Source of the DNA: Catajapyx aquilonaris
Taxonomy: Eukaryota
NCBI GenBank assembly: GCA_000934665.2
Contig: KZ538913.1
Coordinates: 1 to 40,632, forward strand
DNA: 40,632 bases
Reading direction: 5' to 3'
Shown here piece by piece: positions 24,043 to 36,000 of the stretch (positions are counted from its first letter, which is position 1; every line of letters starts with the position of its first letter). Made by a program: the position numbers and the translations under genes. The notes beneath the pieces were generated by a model that was not told the origin of the DNA, searched no databases, and was given only the letters and a program-made list of their open reading frames with translations.

Positions 24043-25221
24043 CTGCAACAACACAAGTTCAGAAAAGGATTAGTAATGTTGAGATTGATGACCCACATGG
24101 AAAGAGATTCTTTCCACATTAGGTTTTGCTGTGTTAGGAAAGTGTGAGACATTTTAGAGCATGTGCATCATCCACAGGTGGGTTCTACTAGTGATGTTAG
24201 TTTGCAGGCGTGAAGCTATGGTGCTGGTGTAGTACAGGAGGAAAAATTCAGTGTGAAAATTAAGGGATGTAATTCAGAAACAAAGTGCAATAATTGCAAT
24301 AAAAAGGTTTTAAGGTGGTGATGTGTTGTAATAAATAAACCTACCTCATGCAACCAGCTAGAAAGTGTGGTATGTTCACTATTTAAAATCTATCAAAGGT
24401 GCAGATAATAATTACCTTATGTAGAATGACATTTAAAAAAAACATTAATATATTTAATTTCCTAGCTGGTTTGCACTGATGGTGAGGCCTTTCAAATAAG
24501 AAATGTTAGTAATAAAAGCAAGCAACCTAAGTAATAATGCAAACTGAAGTATATAAAGAAAAGGTAGAACTAAAATAATCCCACCAATCAGTTCAATATT
24601 GGTGCCTTAATATGAAGACATCAAAATTACCCAGAATTGGTGGCAACACTGTAGTTATACTGCAGCATACAAAACAAGGAAAATATGGTCAAAAAGTAGG
24701 AAAGAAAATAAGAAGAACAAAAAATAAGGCATTGGGCAACTAATAAAACTGGAGCTGCCCGCCACCGAAGCTACCTAATTGGGTAGGTCGACGCCGTTTA
24801 TGTGTAGCACCAAGTCACGATACTCATTTGGATCCAATAGCAACACGTCCAGACAACCTTTGAAGTACGCTGTGGTGAAACAATCTTGCCTGTATGGGAA
24901 AAGGTACATTCAAAATATTATGGGCACATTATATGAGACAATCCCTTCTGATGGAGAATGAATGAAGATGTGAGGGCAAACTAACCGGCATAGTGAAGGC
25001 AGCTGAGGCTCTCGGTAGAGGTTGAAGCAGTCGTCGCAAATCCTGTCTAGCCGGGCGAAGATGGCCTTGTCGTAGACTCCTTTGCACTGGATGTCGAAGA
25101 AGGAGCGTTTGCTGAGTGGATGGCCTACCACCATGGCGTTGCTGGTGTACGGACACAGTGCTACGACCAGGAGGCTGACCACCATCAGACTGTGGCTCAG
25201 CTGGATGCGGACGGCAGCCAT
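23931..25221 (-). CDS. ITP: Ion transport peptide precursor (CHH/ITP family), amidated ITP isoform: complement(join(23931..24042,24986..25221)), 115 aa from this ATG
   Basis: Signal peptide + short precursor-related peptide + KR, then SFFDIQCKGVYDKAIFARLDRICDDCFNLYREPQLPSLCR|SSCFNNPYFKGCLDALLLTEENGEFDRMIDIL-GRRK*. Six cysteines, 72-aa mature peptide, Gly + basic amidation signal, as in locust ITP. Confidence 0.96.
24775..24889 (-). CDS. ITP: ITP-like (ITPL, long non-amidated) alternative exon: (R)QDCFTTAYFKGCLDVLLLDPNEYRDLVLHINGVDLPN*
   Basis: Acceptor ttttcccatacag|G, phase-compatible with the common exon after a 96-nt intron; DCF-x-x-x-YFKGC-x-DVLLL motif of insect ITP-L; stop TAG 24777-24775; no amidation signal; 77-aa mature peptide. 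Confidence 0.93.
24986..25221 (-). CDS. ITP: ITP/ITPL common exon (signal peptide, KR cleavage site, first 40 residues of the mature peptide)
   Basis: Acceptor catttccattttcag|ATG at 25221; phase-2 donor TGC CG|gttagt at 24986, the conserved CHH/ITP intron position. Confidence 0.95.
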
Positions 25222-28200
25222 CTGAAAATGGAAATGGTTAGATTGGTTCACTGCTGATTAACCCAGACAAATTTTTGTTGAATTTTAAAAATATTATTAA
25301 ATGAACAAATGAACTGACACAATAACTACAAGTCTTAACAATTGTATAGTGCCCGATATGTATAGGACGTTAGGCTGGGTTAAGAAAAAAGCCTGTGCAG
25401 TGGGTACCTTAGACTGTGAAACTGACATTAGCAAATTACGACTCTGATATATACAGGTGCATAGATTTGCGTCAGTTTCCGCCGATTATCTCCGGGAGAT
25501 TAAGAGTACCCTGGTCGGAAGCGGACCTACCCTGACCTTTAACCCGATTGCAGCAGGTGGAGTCAGCTCATGTGTTCCGTCACGTGTGAGGCTGCATGAG
25601 AGTGTGTCAGGGCGTTGCATGGCACCGCGAATCAGGACACTTTAATTCCTCGATAAAGACCGGCCATTGAAGGCCGGTAGTTGGCCCTTGAGGGAAGAGT
25701 TTGCCCAGTTGATGGCCTGGCTCCAGTTTTTTAAAAATTGGCGGAAATTAAGATTGATAATGGGCAAAAGAAGTTTGTGAATATTCAAGCTGCTAATAGA
25801 ATAGAGATCAAGTGCCTATACCTGTGCTGAGAGCGTGAATCACATCCGAATGACAAGCCGCGATTGGTTTGCTTTGCAAGTATCATAGTGGACAAAAAGA
25901 AATAGTCGTGACCCTGACTTGGAATTTGTAGCGCTGTACTTGTAAAGTGTAATGACGTCACTCTGAAGCTCTCCGAGTCTGTATAATAGTGTAAGGTTGA
26001 GTCAAGAGAAGCCTTGGCTAGGTCTCTCTCTCGGATAGTTACTTATTCTAATAGTAGATATCTCTGCCTCCCCTGTCAATCTCCACAACTGGCTGCAGTC
26101 TCTGCTTCCCTGGCCTATGTTGAAGGCAAGGTCACAGCTCCTAAGTCACGTAACTAAGGGGCTGTTGCGGGGCACTGGTCTGCTATAATTGCTCTCTAAA
26201 AAACCGCAAGATACAATCGGATTTTTGGCCTTAAAGTGCGGGTGGCGCCTACATTTTGGCATGTCCCATGTCCACTTGAAGCACTTGTGTCTTTTGGCAT
26301 CTTCCGCATGAATGGGGGACAGGTTGCAAGGGTCGACAACAAAAAAAAGTGCGCGGGAAGATGGTCGCGTGTGTCCGACATTTGATCACGTAAGGTCCGG
26401 AGGTCGCGGATCCGTGGCCATGGTGAAGGACATGTGAAGAAGGCGAAAATTGAAAGGGATTTCACCTTGCCCTGGGGAGGTTCGCTTGCCTTTTTTAATG
26501 TCTGAAAATAAACCTGCAGGGCAAGAAGAAATTGGCGACCGGTTTTGCAAAACTGGTCACGGTGACGTCGTGTACGACTATCCCAAAGAAGTGCAGGGAC
26601 CACGATTGATGGTCACTTCGGACAGGATGTAATTTAGCGAGAGGTGTAATCTTGCGTGTGGTTTTTTGGGGGGGATATTTTATTTGCTGTATTTCCCAGT
26701 GTATTTTTAGACTGGTGTTAATGACTTAGATGCTGGTTTTCTTGGAGAAAAAATATTTTGCCGAGGTGAACCGCAGATGCGTGTCGCTCTTGGGAGGACC
26801 TGATGTATCTCCTTTTGTTTTGGATAAAAATAGTCGTTATCTCTCCTGCGGGGTGATGTACATTCACTGCCACTAGTAAGTGACGGGAATATATTTATGC
26901 ACCACCATATATTCCTGTCGTTTTATTTGCGGCGGCATACACGGTTGCTGGAAGGGGTATTTTGATGGTAATTAAACAGGTGCGCGTTATCCTTGTGCTG
27001 GGCTGATGAGGAAGGTGCAAATATTCTGGCGGTGACGTAACGCACGCATATATTTCGTAATTATTACGTGACTAATGCTGATGAGTGATGATGAGTAAAA
27101 CGGAGATAAAAGTTCAGGCCACGTTCAAAAAGGCTTTTATCGGTAAGAAAAATAAGACGTTTTCCCGCCGCGGAACTTTTTCGAGTTGAAGAGCTGACTA
27201 AGTCACTCAAACATGTTATGTGGCATACACATGTGCACCTGCCTGTCAGGTGTGGGCGTATGTGAGTGTCATTGGTGTCATGTCCCGGGCTGGCAGCAAC
27301 TAAGATCCAGGAATAACCCCGAGAGGTCTAATTTCAGTCGGCACAGCGAGACAGGAGGGCTCTAGTCCATTTTTTTTCTCTCTCGTTGTTGACTTCTGTC
27401 TCATCTACTGTATAGTAAATGTTGAGAAAGTAACAAAAATGCATATCCGCCCATCTCGCCCAAAAATGGAAATTTCTTGACGTCTTTTTGGGTTTATTCC
27501 CCCGAGATTATAACCCCACGAGTTCTGTGTCCTGAATGGCAATAAGTGTCATCAAATCTTCCGATCACGTATCGGATCTGGTGTCTCCTTAAGGTGTACC
27601 TTTCTTCCGAAAGCAACCTTTCCCGGAATATCAATCGCAATATCACAGGTAAAATATGCCTGTAATTATATCCTTAAGTGTTAGGCGGCAGCGTGCAGCC
27701 GATTTGTTTGTTGGGTTGCGCACGTGACAGGATAGGTTTCTGTCTACAAGATTTTTAATTGCAGGATATTGTGAAGGTGAAAGTCGTAGTGAGGGTCTAA
27801 AAATCCTGACGGTGCGTTTGGATTGTGAAAACAGGGTTATGACAGGTTGTAACGAAACAAGTTTGATTAGGGCGACACGAGGGCGTTGGCCCTCTGTTTG
27901 CTTAGGCAGCATGTCAACATCACCTGAGAGGGCGGGACGCACACTTTTCGTACCGCATGTACATGGCTCCGTTTTTATAATATCAATCGTAATAGTGTTT
28001 TGTTATCAGAACGACAGGATCATTATGAGGGCAAGGGACTATTTGTTCAAAGAAGGGGACAAATGCAGCAGTGCGTCATGCATAACAATAGCAGGTGCCA
28101 TTAATTTTTCAGGGTTTATGTTAGCTGCAAGCATACGCTTTTGACTTTGCCACAGGAAAAATCCTTGGCCTTTTTAGTAATGTTGGGGGTGAACGGTGAA

Positions 28201-30634
28201 GTGGTACAGTAACGGGGCTACTGTACTTGACAGTGTTACGTCCTTCTAAAAAAAAAAGGTGGTCGTTTCTCGCGTTCTATTTTGAGTTTGATTTTAGCTA
28301 TTGGGCAGGGATAATATGTAGACAAATGTTGAGCTGACATTGCACATTGTCTCGCCTTGTTGTACCGGTTAAAATAGCTTGGCCGCCTGAAAAAGTAGTG
28401 GGAAAAAAGTTGGGACTGTAATTAAGTCATCAAGGGGCATTCCAAAGCTCTTGCCCTCGTCCCAACTGCGCTCATCTCTGGTTTGATAAGTCCTGCCAAA
28501 AATGAAGGATGCCAGGTGATGCCTGTTTTGCTGACTATGTTTCTTTAGTCCTGTCTAGCCAGGATCAAACGGAAATGGGTAAGGGTCCGGGTCGAAACTC
28601 GAAAGGTTGACAGTCGGCCAGTGGATGACCAAAGTTTAGTATTTCGCCTGGTATGACGCGTCGTAATCTATTAATAGCCTTGTGGTGACAGCACAATTAT
28701 TTGCAATTGATATGTAACATTGCAGCGAACTAAAGATGTTGAAGTGAACCTGCTGCGTTTCCGCTGTACAATAGCAATATATCCGATTGACACACGTCAG
28801 ATTCTGAACGTCTCTATTAATACGCGGGACAGTTTTCATAATGGACACTCACAGATTGACGTCCTGGTTAGCACAGCTTCAAGGGCGCTTGACACGTGAA
28901 ACCCGAATTCTTCACCTCCCACCTTTGATCCCCAAGCACCTCGCTTCTGCACGAAGGGCTTGTAATTGATCGTGTTTCGATCTTAGGCAAGCTATACACC
29001 TCCGCATCTAATTGCCAACTGCGACTCCTAATTACTCGTGGTCAGGCTTGCGACGGGTACAGTGACATTTTCGCACGCTGGGCTTGTCACCCGTATCCAA
29101 ACGTCAAATGCTAGCACCGCAACGTCAATTCCAGGGATTCTGCGTTGGTTTTTGCATAACCGTCACGGTATTTGGTTCAAAGTCGGTTGGAAAAAGAAAC
29201 AGTCATGGACTGGTTTCATTTTCATCCAAATTGGAGGCTTACAGTAGTGCGGGGGTGGGAATAATTAATGGTGGAAAAATTGATCTTTCAGAATTATATT
29301 TGGCAAATTTTCTGCGAATTTCTTTCACATCACGGTTATTTAAATTTGATTTAACGTGGGATTTCTTAGGCTTTCACCGCCCCCGGATTTTCTTCGAGTA
29401 TCGACTTATTTACAGATCTCCCTCAACGATTACCCTGTCGCGTGGGAAGGACAATTTTCGACATAAAATAGGTCATCTAGAAATGAATGGGGCTTTCTCT
29501 CCTATCTTTGTACAGCAGCAAATCGGTCTGGACACGTGCCTGGAGTTGATAATTGCGGTGGCAGCGGAATCGTTTACTTCCGGCAGGGTTATGGTATATA
29601 GTCGGAAACTATAGCGTATATAGTGGGATAGGTGAGTGCAGGATACAGTGCGATTCTAATATTGGTGTCGGAACCTGAGAGTGTGTGGGAAATTCCGACC
29701 CATTCTCAGAATATGACCCACGTGCAAATAGAAACGTGACAGGTGGACATGACCGATAAAACTTTTTTCCTCTGGGATCAATTTTTTCGATATAGGTAAC
29801 TGAGACAGTGCCGATGATGACAATCCGAACTATAGTTTCAGGGGGAAATTTCATGTCGGGACGGGAAGGCACTAGATAAATTAATAATGAGACTGTCGAT
29901 TTGCTGGCTTTGGGACTGAACATGCAGATTGGGGTATAGACCGAATGATGTTGCGAAATTCGTAGCTTTCAGGTACTGGTGCATAATAGAACTGTGCATG
30001 TTAACTTCAGATTAACTGCACTTGGTTCTAGCACGTGACACTGCAATTCGCCTGCACAATTGATTGGTGCGACAGAAACGAAGGAGAAATTGTATGATTT
30101 TATAATACGCGAATTGCCAATTTTTGTGCCTGTCGAAAATTTGCAACTATTGAAATTTGATATTTTTGGTAACCGAACGCTATTATCAGGAATGGAATTT
30201 TCATGGACGCAAATTGCCCCACATCATTCGATTGTCGTCACGTTCAATTTAATAGGCACTGTAAATTAAAAATCCCAATTCATATATAAAATCAACCTGG
30301 CTGCTGGGAATGAGTCATATGACTCATATCTCATTAATGTTTTTCCAGCGCAGGTGACCCCCCTTTTTTGCGAATGCACCTGAAATTCCCCGGTATGGGG
30401 AAAACTTAAGCAAATTGAGGAAAGTATAATTTTTTGTAATCTGACATTATATCTCTGTTTGAATTTTTATCCATTGACGCTACAGTTGAATCGCTGACAA
30501 TATATTATTGCCAGCGATTCTGCTGTAGTGTCAATGAATACAATAGTGTAGGCGCCACCCTTCGAATGATTAAAGCGCGCCAAATCCCAATGTCTGACCT
30601 GCTACACACATACACAAGCACATGGCACGCATAC

Positions 30635-30925
30635 CTTATTCAGACGGGTATAGGAAGCAAGTGTTGCAGAGGACGGCTCCGAGGCTGTCACCTGTCCGGC
30701 AGGTGATTGGAATTGAGCGTCGACTGACGTGAGAGGCTCGGTATAACGAAGAACGACGTTGACCTGTTGTCTTATATTGGAGGTAGAGTACACCGGTGAG
30801 TCAGGTCTGCACTTCCTCGCGGGTCACTGTGTTTTCGAAGCGTCTGTCCTGCTGCTCGTCTGTCTCGTGCATCGTTGCATGTCGACTGCTCGTTTTGCTT
30901 TATACTTCAGGAAGCGTGACGTCAC
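30635..30925 (-). promoter_or_regulatory. Candidate ITP promoter and non-coding first exon (CRE + TATA, exon about 30874..30635)
   Basis: Palindromic GTGACGTCAC at 30916-30925, minus-strand TATAAAG at 30904-30898, donor AAG|gtatgc at 30635; CpG-rich. Confidence 0.55.
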
Positions 30926-32993
30926 CCACTCTCCCCCCCTCCTCTGTCGACCATTCTTTCTCATTCGTTCGCGCTGGTACCGGCCCACAGCCAATGCTGG
31001 GATCATGCAATTCCGAAAAAATAAAAAAGATAATTGTGTTTAGACAAAGTATTCGTCAGGTCCGGTTCGGCGCGCGTCTCGGATTTCGTCCGGACTTGTG
31101 CGTCACGGGTCGTATGCAAAAAGAGCAATTATCTCTCTGCAATTATGTCAGAGCATAATAGAGCGCCTGATTATGTACGAACAGTCCCAGGTGTACTGAC
31201 GCGCGAAACTTTCTCAATCATCCCGCCTATAGTGTCGATATTGTGCAGCCTTTTTTATTTAAAAAAAAAATCAAATTGGCGAACAGAAATTTTGACATGT
31301 GACCTTTCAACTTGTTTATGTTGGGCGTTGGTAGAGCAAGGGTGTTGACTATCCACCGTGTTGCGAAGTATTTATTGGTCTCTAAGGGGGTCGACCAGAT
31401 ATTATATCATCTGCAATTAATCTTATCTTGAGGACAGATGCGTAAGTGTAGAAGCCCACGTTCAGTTATAAGTAGCAAAAATAATTCCTCCCGAGAGATG
31501 CTTATTGTACTTGCTTGTTGCTTAGTATACAGGAGTTGGGGGATTTTCCTATACAAATTGCCAGACAATTCAGTCGCAATTACTGCAGGCCTTCAGTTTT
31601 TATCACTCACGCTGCATCACAATTACGTAACGTTCCACATGCCTCTAGTAAGCACTGTTTACACTTTTTATCCCTTCAAATTCAACTTAACAGCTAGTCG
31701 TAAAATTATAGAGATATTGGCATATGACGTGCTGGCTTATAGAAAAGAGAATGAAACTGCAGAAATTTCGCCAGGTCCATGCGAGAGGATTTGCGTGAGA
31801 GAATGAACGTCATGAATTCTCTCTCTTTACGTAAACGTTGTTTTTTACTTGGAAAGTTTGGGCTCACTGACTCATTCTCAAGTTTCAGGGGGGGGGGGGG
31901 GGGNGGGGGAAGTAAAGCCGGGGAAAAAACTGGGGCAGTAAATTGGCAGATGGAGAATCCCCATCCCGTCAGATCATTCCGCTCCTGAGGCTATACTACA
32001 ACTCTGCACATGTTGTGTTTGAGCAGAGGAATATAATTAGAGATGGCCAGCCCCAGTTTCAGACGTGTATAATGATATACCTACTATAAATGAACTAGTT
32101 TATGTAAGGAAGCGCGTAAGGTAGCTGACTCATCGCAGTCTTGACTGAAAACGATATATATATTTTTTTGCAGGGATTGACAGACTTACCAGACAAGTTG
32201 GATGAGGTTATTCTGTAATGTCTGATTTTTTATTTTATTTTTTTAATTTTTTTGCTTCTCTGGCCATTAATTTTAAAAATATGTGTTGGAACAGTGATAA
32301 AAAGGTCACACGAGCTGTTTCCTGAAAATTGGCAGATTCGTATGACAAAGAGTTACATGCTGGAGTGGCCCGAACGTGTTTATTTTCGCGCAAACCAGAT
32401 TAGGAGTTTAGGCAGATAAAAATGTAAAATGTGGCCTGGACCCTGCAAATGACGGTAATGCAATTCGGAGAAGCAAGTTGGGAGCTCTTGAAACGACTCG
32501 ACTCAACGGGACCCTATAATTTCCTTGCATCATCATCCGCAGAGCCCTTTTCTCCAAATGACCAGGGAAACATTATCGAGACATTTACAGTCCCTTATAT
32601 TCTGGGCTGATATCTTATGTAACGAAGGCTTAAGAAATTTTGTTCACGCAGAGATACATTGTTGGGGATTCCTTCTTGGAAATCACCGCACAATAAGAGG
32701 CGTGGGCGTCGACATGGACGCGCATGCTTGAGCGAAATCGCGGAGTATATTCATATACACAAGCCTGTTTGTAGGGCAACATCTTTGCGCAAAAGCCGCT
32801 ACTTTGTGTCAAGGAATTTGGGATCTTATCTCCGGGAGAGCTACTAATAGTGGGGGATGAGAATCCTTGGCAAAAGTTTGGATATGATGACGCCGAAATT
32901 TTTCTGGCGTTTGTGGAAGATAGCATCTTGGAGCTGACAGCATCCTCTTCCTCGACATGCCCAGAGATGAGTTACGAGGTGACTTCATCTTAC

Positions 32994-33082
32994 CTGAGGC
33001 AATCCACGGCACCGGTATGACATGTGACACACTGCCACATTATTTTGCTCTATTCCGTGCACCGACGTCAGCACGACACTGA
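32994..33082 (-). promoter_or_regulatory. Candidate alternative ITP first exon (Inr TCAGT, +1 at 33080) encoding MSYRCRGLPQ in frame with the common exon
   Basis: Arthropod initiator TCAGT 33082-33078, strong donor CAG|gtaaga at 32994, ATG at 33023 gives 10 codons in phase 0. Confidence 0.4.
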
Positions 33083-36000
33083 TACAATTAGCTCTAATAA
33101 AAATGCTGATCCCTATATAGGAGTGGCAGCCATTTAAAAGCAAATGAATCGTGATGCCATTGAAACCGCGTCACTTGTTCTATGCAGCACACTCCGGACA
33201 GGTTGTGGGCACCAGGCCAAATGGGTTGACTTACGACCCCTCTTTAATCCGGGAGGGTCAACGAATCAATTCGCCTGTAACTTCCTCCAGCAAATCGACC
33301 TTCGACGTGTGTTTGTATTTATACCGAGTACTCGACGTCATGTACACTGAATTTGAATGAAGTCACGCAGCGAGTGACGTGATCGGACGTCATATATACT
33401 CTTCACTCTTCAATACCCTTTTCTAACCGAACTCTCTTTTTTTTTTTTTCTTAACCGGCGAAACGTGTGTTTATACTACATGGACGTCACGTGCATGGAT
33501 CGTAAACACTACCTTCCGGGATGTGTTCTTTGAGATGTGATGACAGCTCAGAACATGGAAATTTTTTGGCATGCGATGCAACATGCAAGAGATAAACTTT
33601 CCGAGAAATACGTACTGCAAATAGGTTAAATTGCGTTTATTATTGATACTTGAAAGGTGGCGCCAGTACTTCCGTCGTACACGCAATACATTTCCGAGCA
33701 TTGGCTGACTGAAGCGATATTGTAATTACAAAAGAGGCGTTTTGTTAACAATTTGAGATTCGTGTTCCGGTCGTGTTGATGACATTTTTCCGGGGGTGTT
33801 GAAATAGGCTAATAAAACTGGATTTTACGTGGCGTGTGCTTTATGAGATTATGACTAACTTGCATGCGGCGTGACTGCTTATTTAATAGGAAAGTAAAAT
33901 AAGTGGGCGAAAGCTGTCGTCTGAACAGTCCTGAAGGATCTGACTGTGAGACGAGAAAGTCCTCTAGTAGGAAGAGGTCATTCTCTTTCTGCGTCAAGAG
34001 CATGCTGCACTGCTATTAACGTGACGTTTATTATTTGAGTGTTAAAACGAGGCCGCAAAGCGTTGGCGCTAGCTTGCGTCATGAGGTCCATGCAAGGAAA
34101 AAAAGAGGGAGATTGATATCTGGACGATGCAGGACAATGATACGATTTTTTAAAATGACGGGGATCATTCAAATGTTGCATGTATCGGTCACACCTTGCA
34201 CCGGACAGAGTCAATTAACACTTGTAAAAATAGGATAGAAATAAATCCTGAGCCGGGAGGGGACTTCTGCATGGGATTCTTGTGGTCATTACATGGCCAT
34301 TAGCCCAAATCTGGAGCAGTGTGGTTTGGTAACGATAGGCGAGGTCTTGTGGGCGTCAAAAGAAGTGGTCAAGACTGGCGATTATCCAACAGTGGCCATC
34401 CTTGTGTTGGTTGCACTTGATGGCCGTTGAGGCACGAAGGGAAGAGGAGAGGACTCGATGGAATGGAATGTATCTCTGCTCGTTCTCCCGGAACCACCAA
34501 CTACTCTCTGCTGGTGCTTTCCCAGAAAAACAAGGAATCGGCTGACTCCGATGTTGCATCCCGGATCATTATTCAACCAGGACCCTTCTTTTTTTAGGCA
34601 CCACTTTTTTGTGCGTGAAGAGCCCTTTTGCCAAAATGGCCAAAATGGTACTTTTCTTCCCGGAATATTTCCCAACCAGGTTTTGGAAAGCAATAAAATA
34701 GAATTCGAGCGTCATTGTAAAGACTGGCCTTTTTTTTAAAATAGTAATAAACCGCTCGTATAGGGCATAATGGCGGCAATAGCAAAGGGCGGCTAATTAC
34801 GATAAATTGGTGGCAATTGCACTTCTGATGCAACATGATACGATTGTTGCACCGGCTGGAAGATTTTGAGGAAGGAAAGGATCCATGGCCTGAATCTCGA
34901 AGAGAAAGCAAGTGATGGGCAAGGCCGCTTTTGAATCTGGATGATGTGTAGGGGAACAGGTTTCAATTCTCCTTCCCGTTCATCTCCTGACGGATAATTG
35001 CCGGATCCAGCAAATAAGAGGCGGCCGAGGATCAAACGCGGAATTCCTCAGCTTCCAAAACATAATCAGCCGATGTGACGTGACGACAGCCGCTCCTGGG
35101 CTCGGCCCAGGTGTTTGGCCACGGGGCCAAACACCAGCAGCAGCATCCAAATGGGTATATTCTATTTCTCGCAAGGACCTAAATAGCTCGGTATGGATTA
35201 TAATGGACACGCCCACCTCTTATGAAGACTTGCGCCTGAGGCTATTTTCTGCAACAACCACTTTGCGAAATTATCATGTCTCCTCCCAGAGACTTGCCAC
35301 TCTTCATTTGTGGCGAACTGCGTGCTTGACTTGAAGGATAAGGTTAAGTCACTCTCTGCTCTGAGAATACCATATTAAAAAAAGAACGTCTTGCGGACCA
35401 TCTGGTGGAGGTTGCGGATTTCGAGTTCAAAAAGTGTTCTGGGAACGCGGCTGTATAGCACAGTCGTGACATGACGAATGGGGAAATTTATTGCAGGTGT
35501 ACTTTCGCAATTTTCTTAAATTGTGAAGGTTCAGTTGGAGAAATGCCTAAGTGACATTTCTCAGGAGATTGCTGAAATTCTTTGCCCAGCACAGAAATTA
35601 ATCCTAGAATTTTCTAGTGACTCAAAATGCACACTAATTATTTTTCATTTTGTCCTGCAAAGTGTGTGCAAAATCGTACTTATTGCTTGTTAGGCGTTAG
35701 TGTGAAAATTATTGCGCAATCAGATTTGGCCGAAGCCTGATAATAATTCATGCGAAATTGTGGGCAGGACGAGCAAAGTGACGTGTAAAATTCATTAGCC
35801 GGGGCCGTTCCTCTTACGATGGTGTTACTGTCAAAGGTTGATGGGTACGATGAAAGGCGGGGAAACCTGTGATGCCTTGTAATTATCGTCCCGGGACCGG
35901 GCTAAACACGTTTGGTACACAGATGTGCGGGTTTTCCTCGCAGAAAAGATATACGGAGGCAAGTTTGTGTGGGGTCTCCTCCATTGAAAGCAGCCGGTCT

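Noticed and set aside
29084..29614. 176-aa plus-strand ORF, the longest unassigned one
   Set aside because: Non-ATG start, no recognisable motif, and it lies antisense within the putative ITP first intron.
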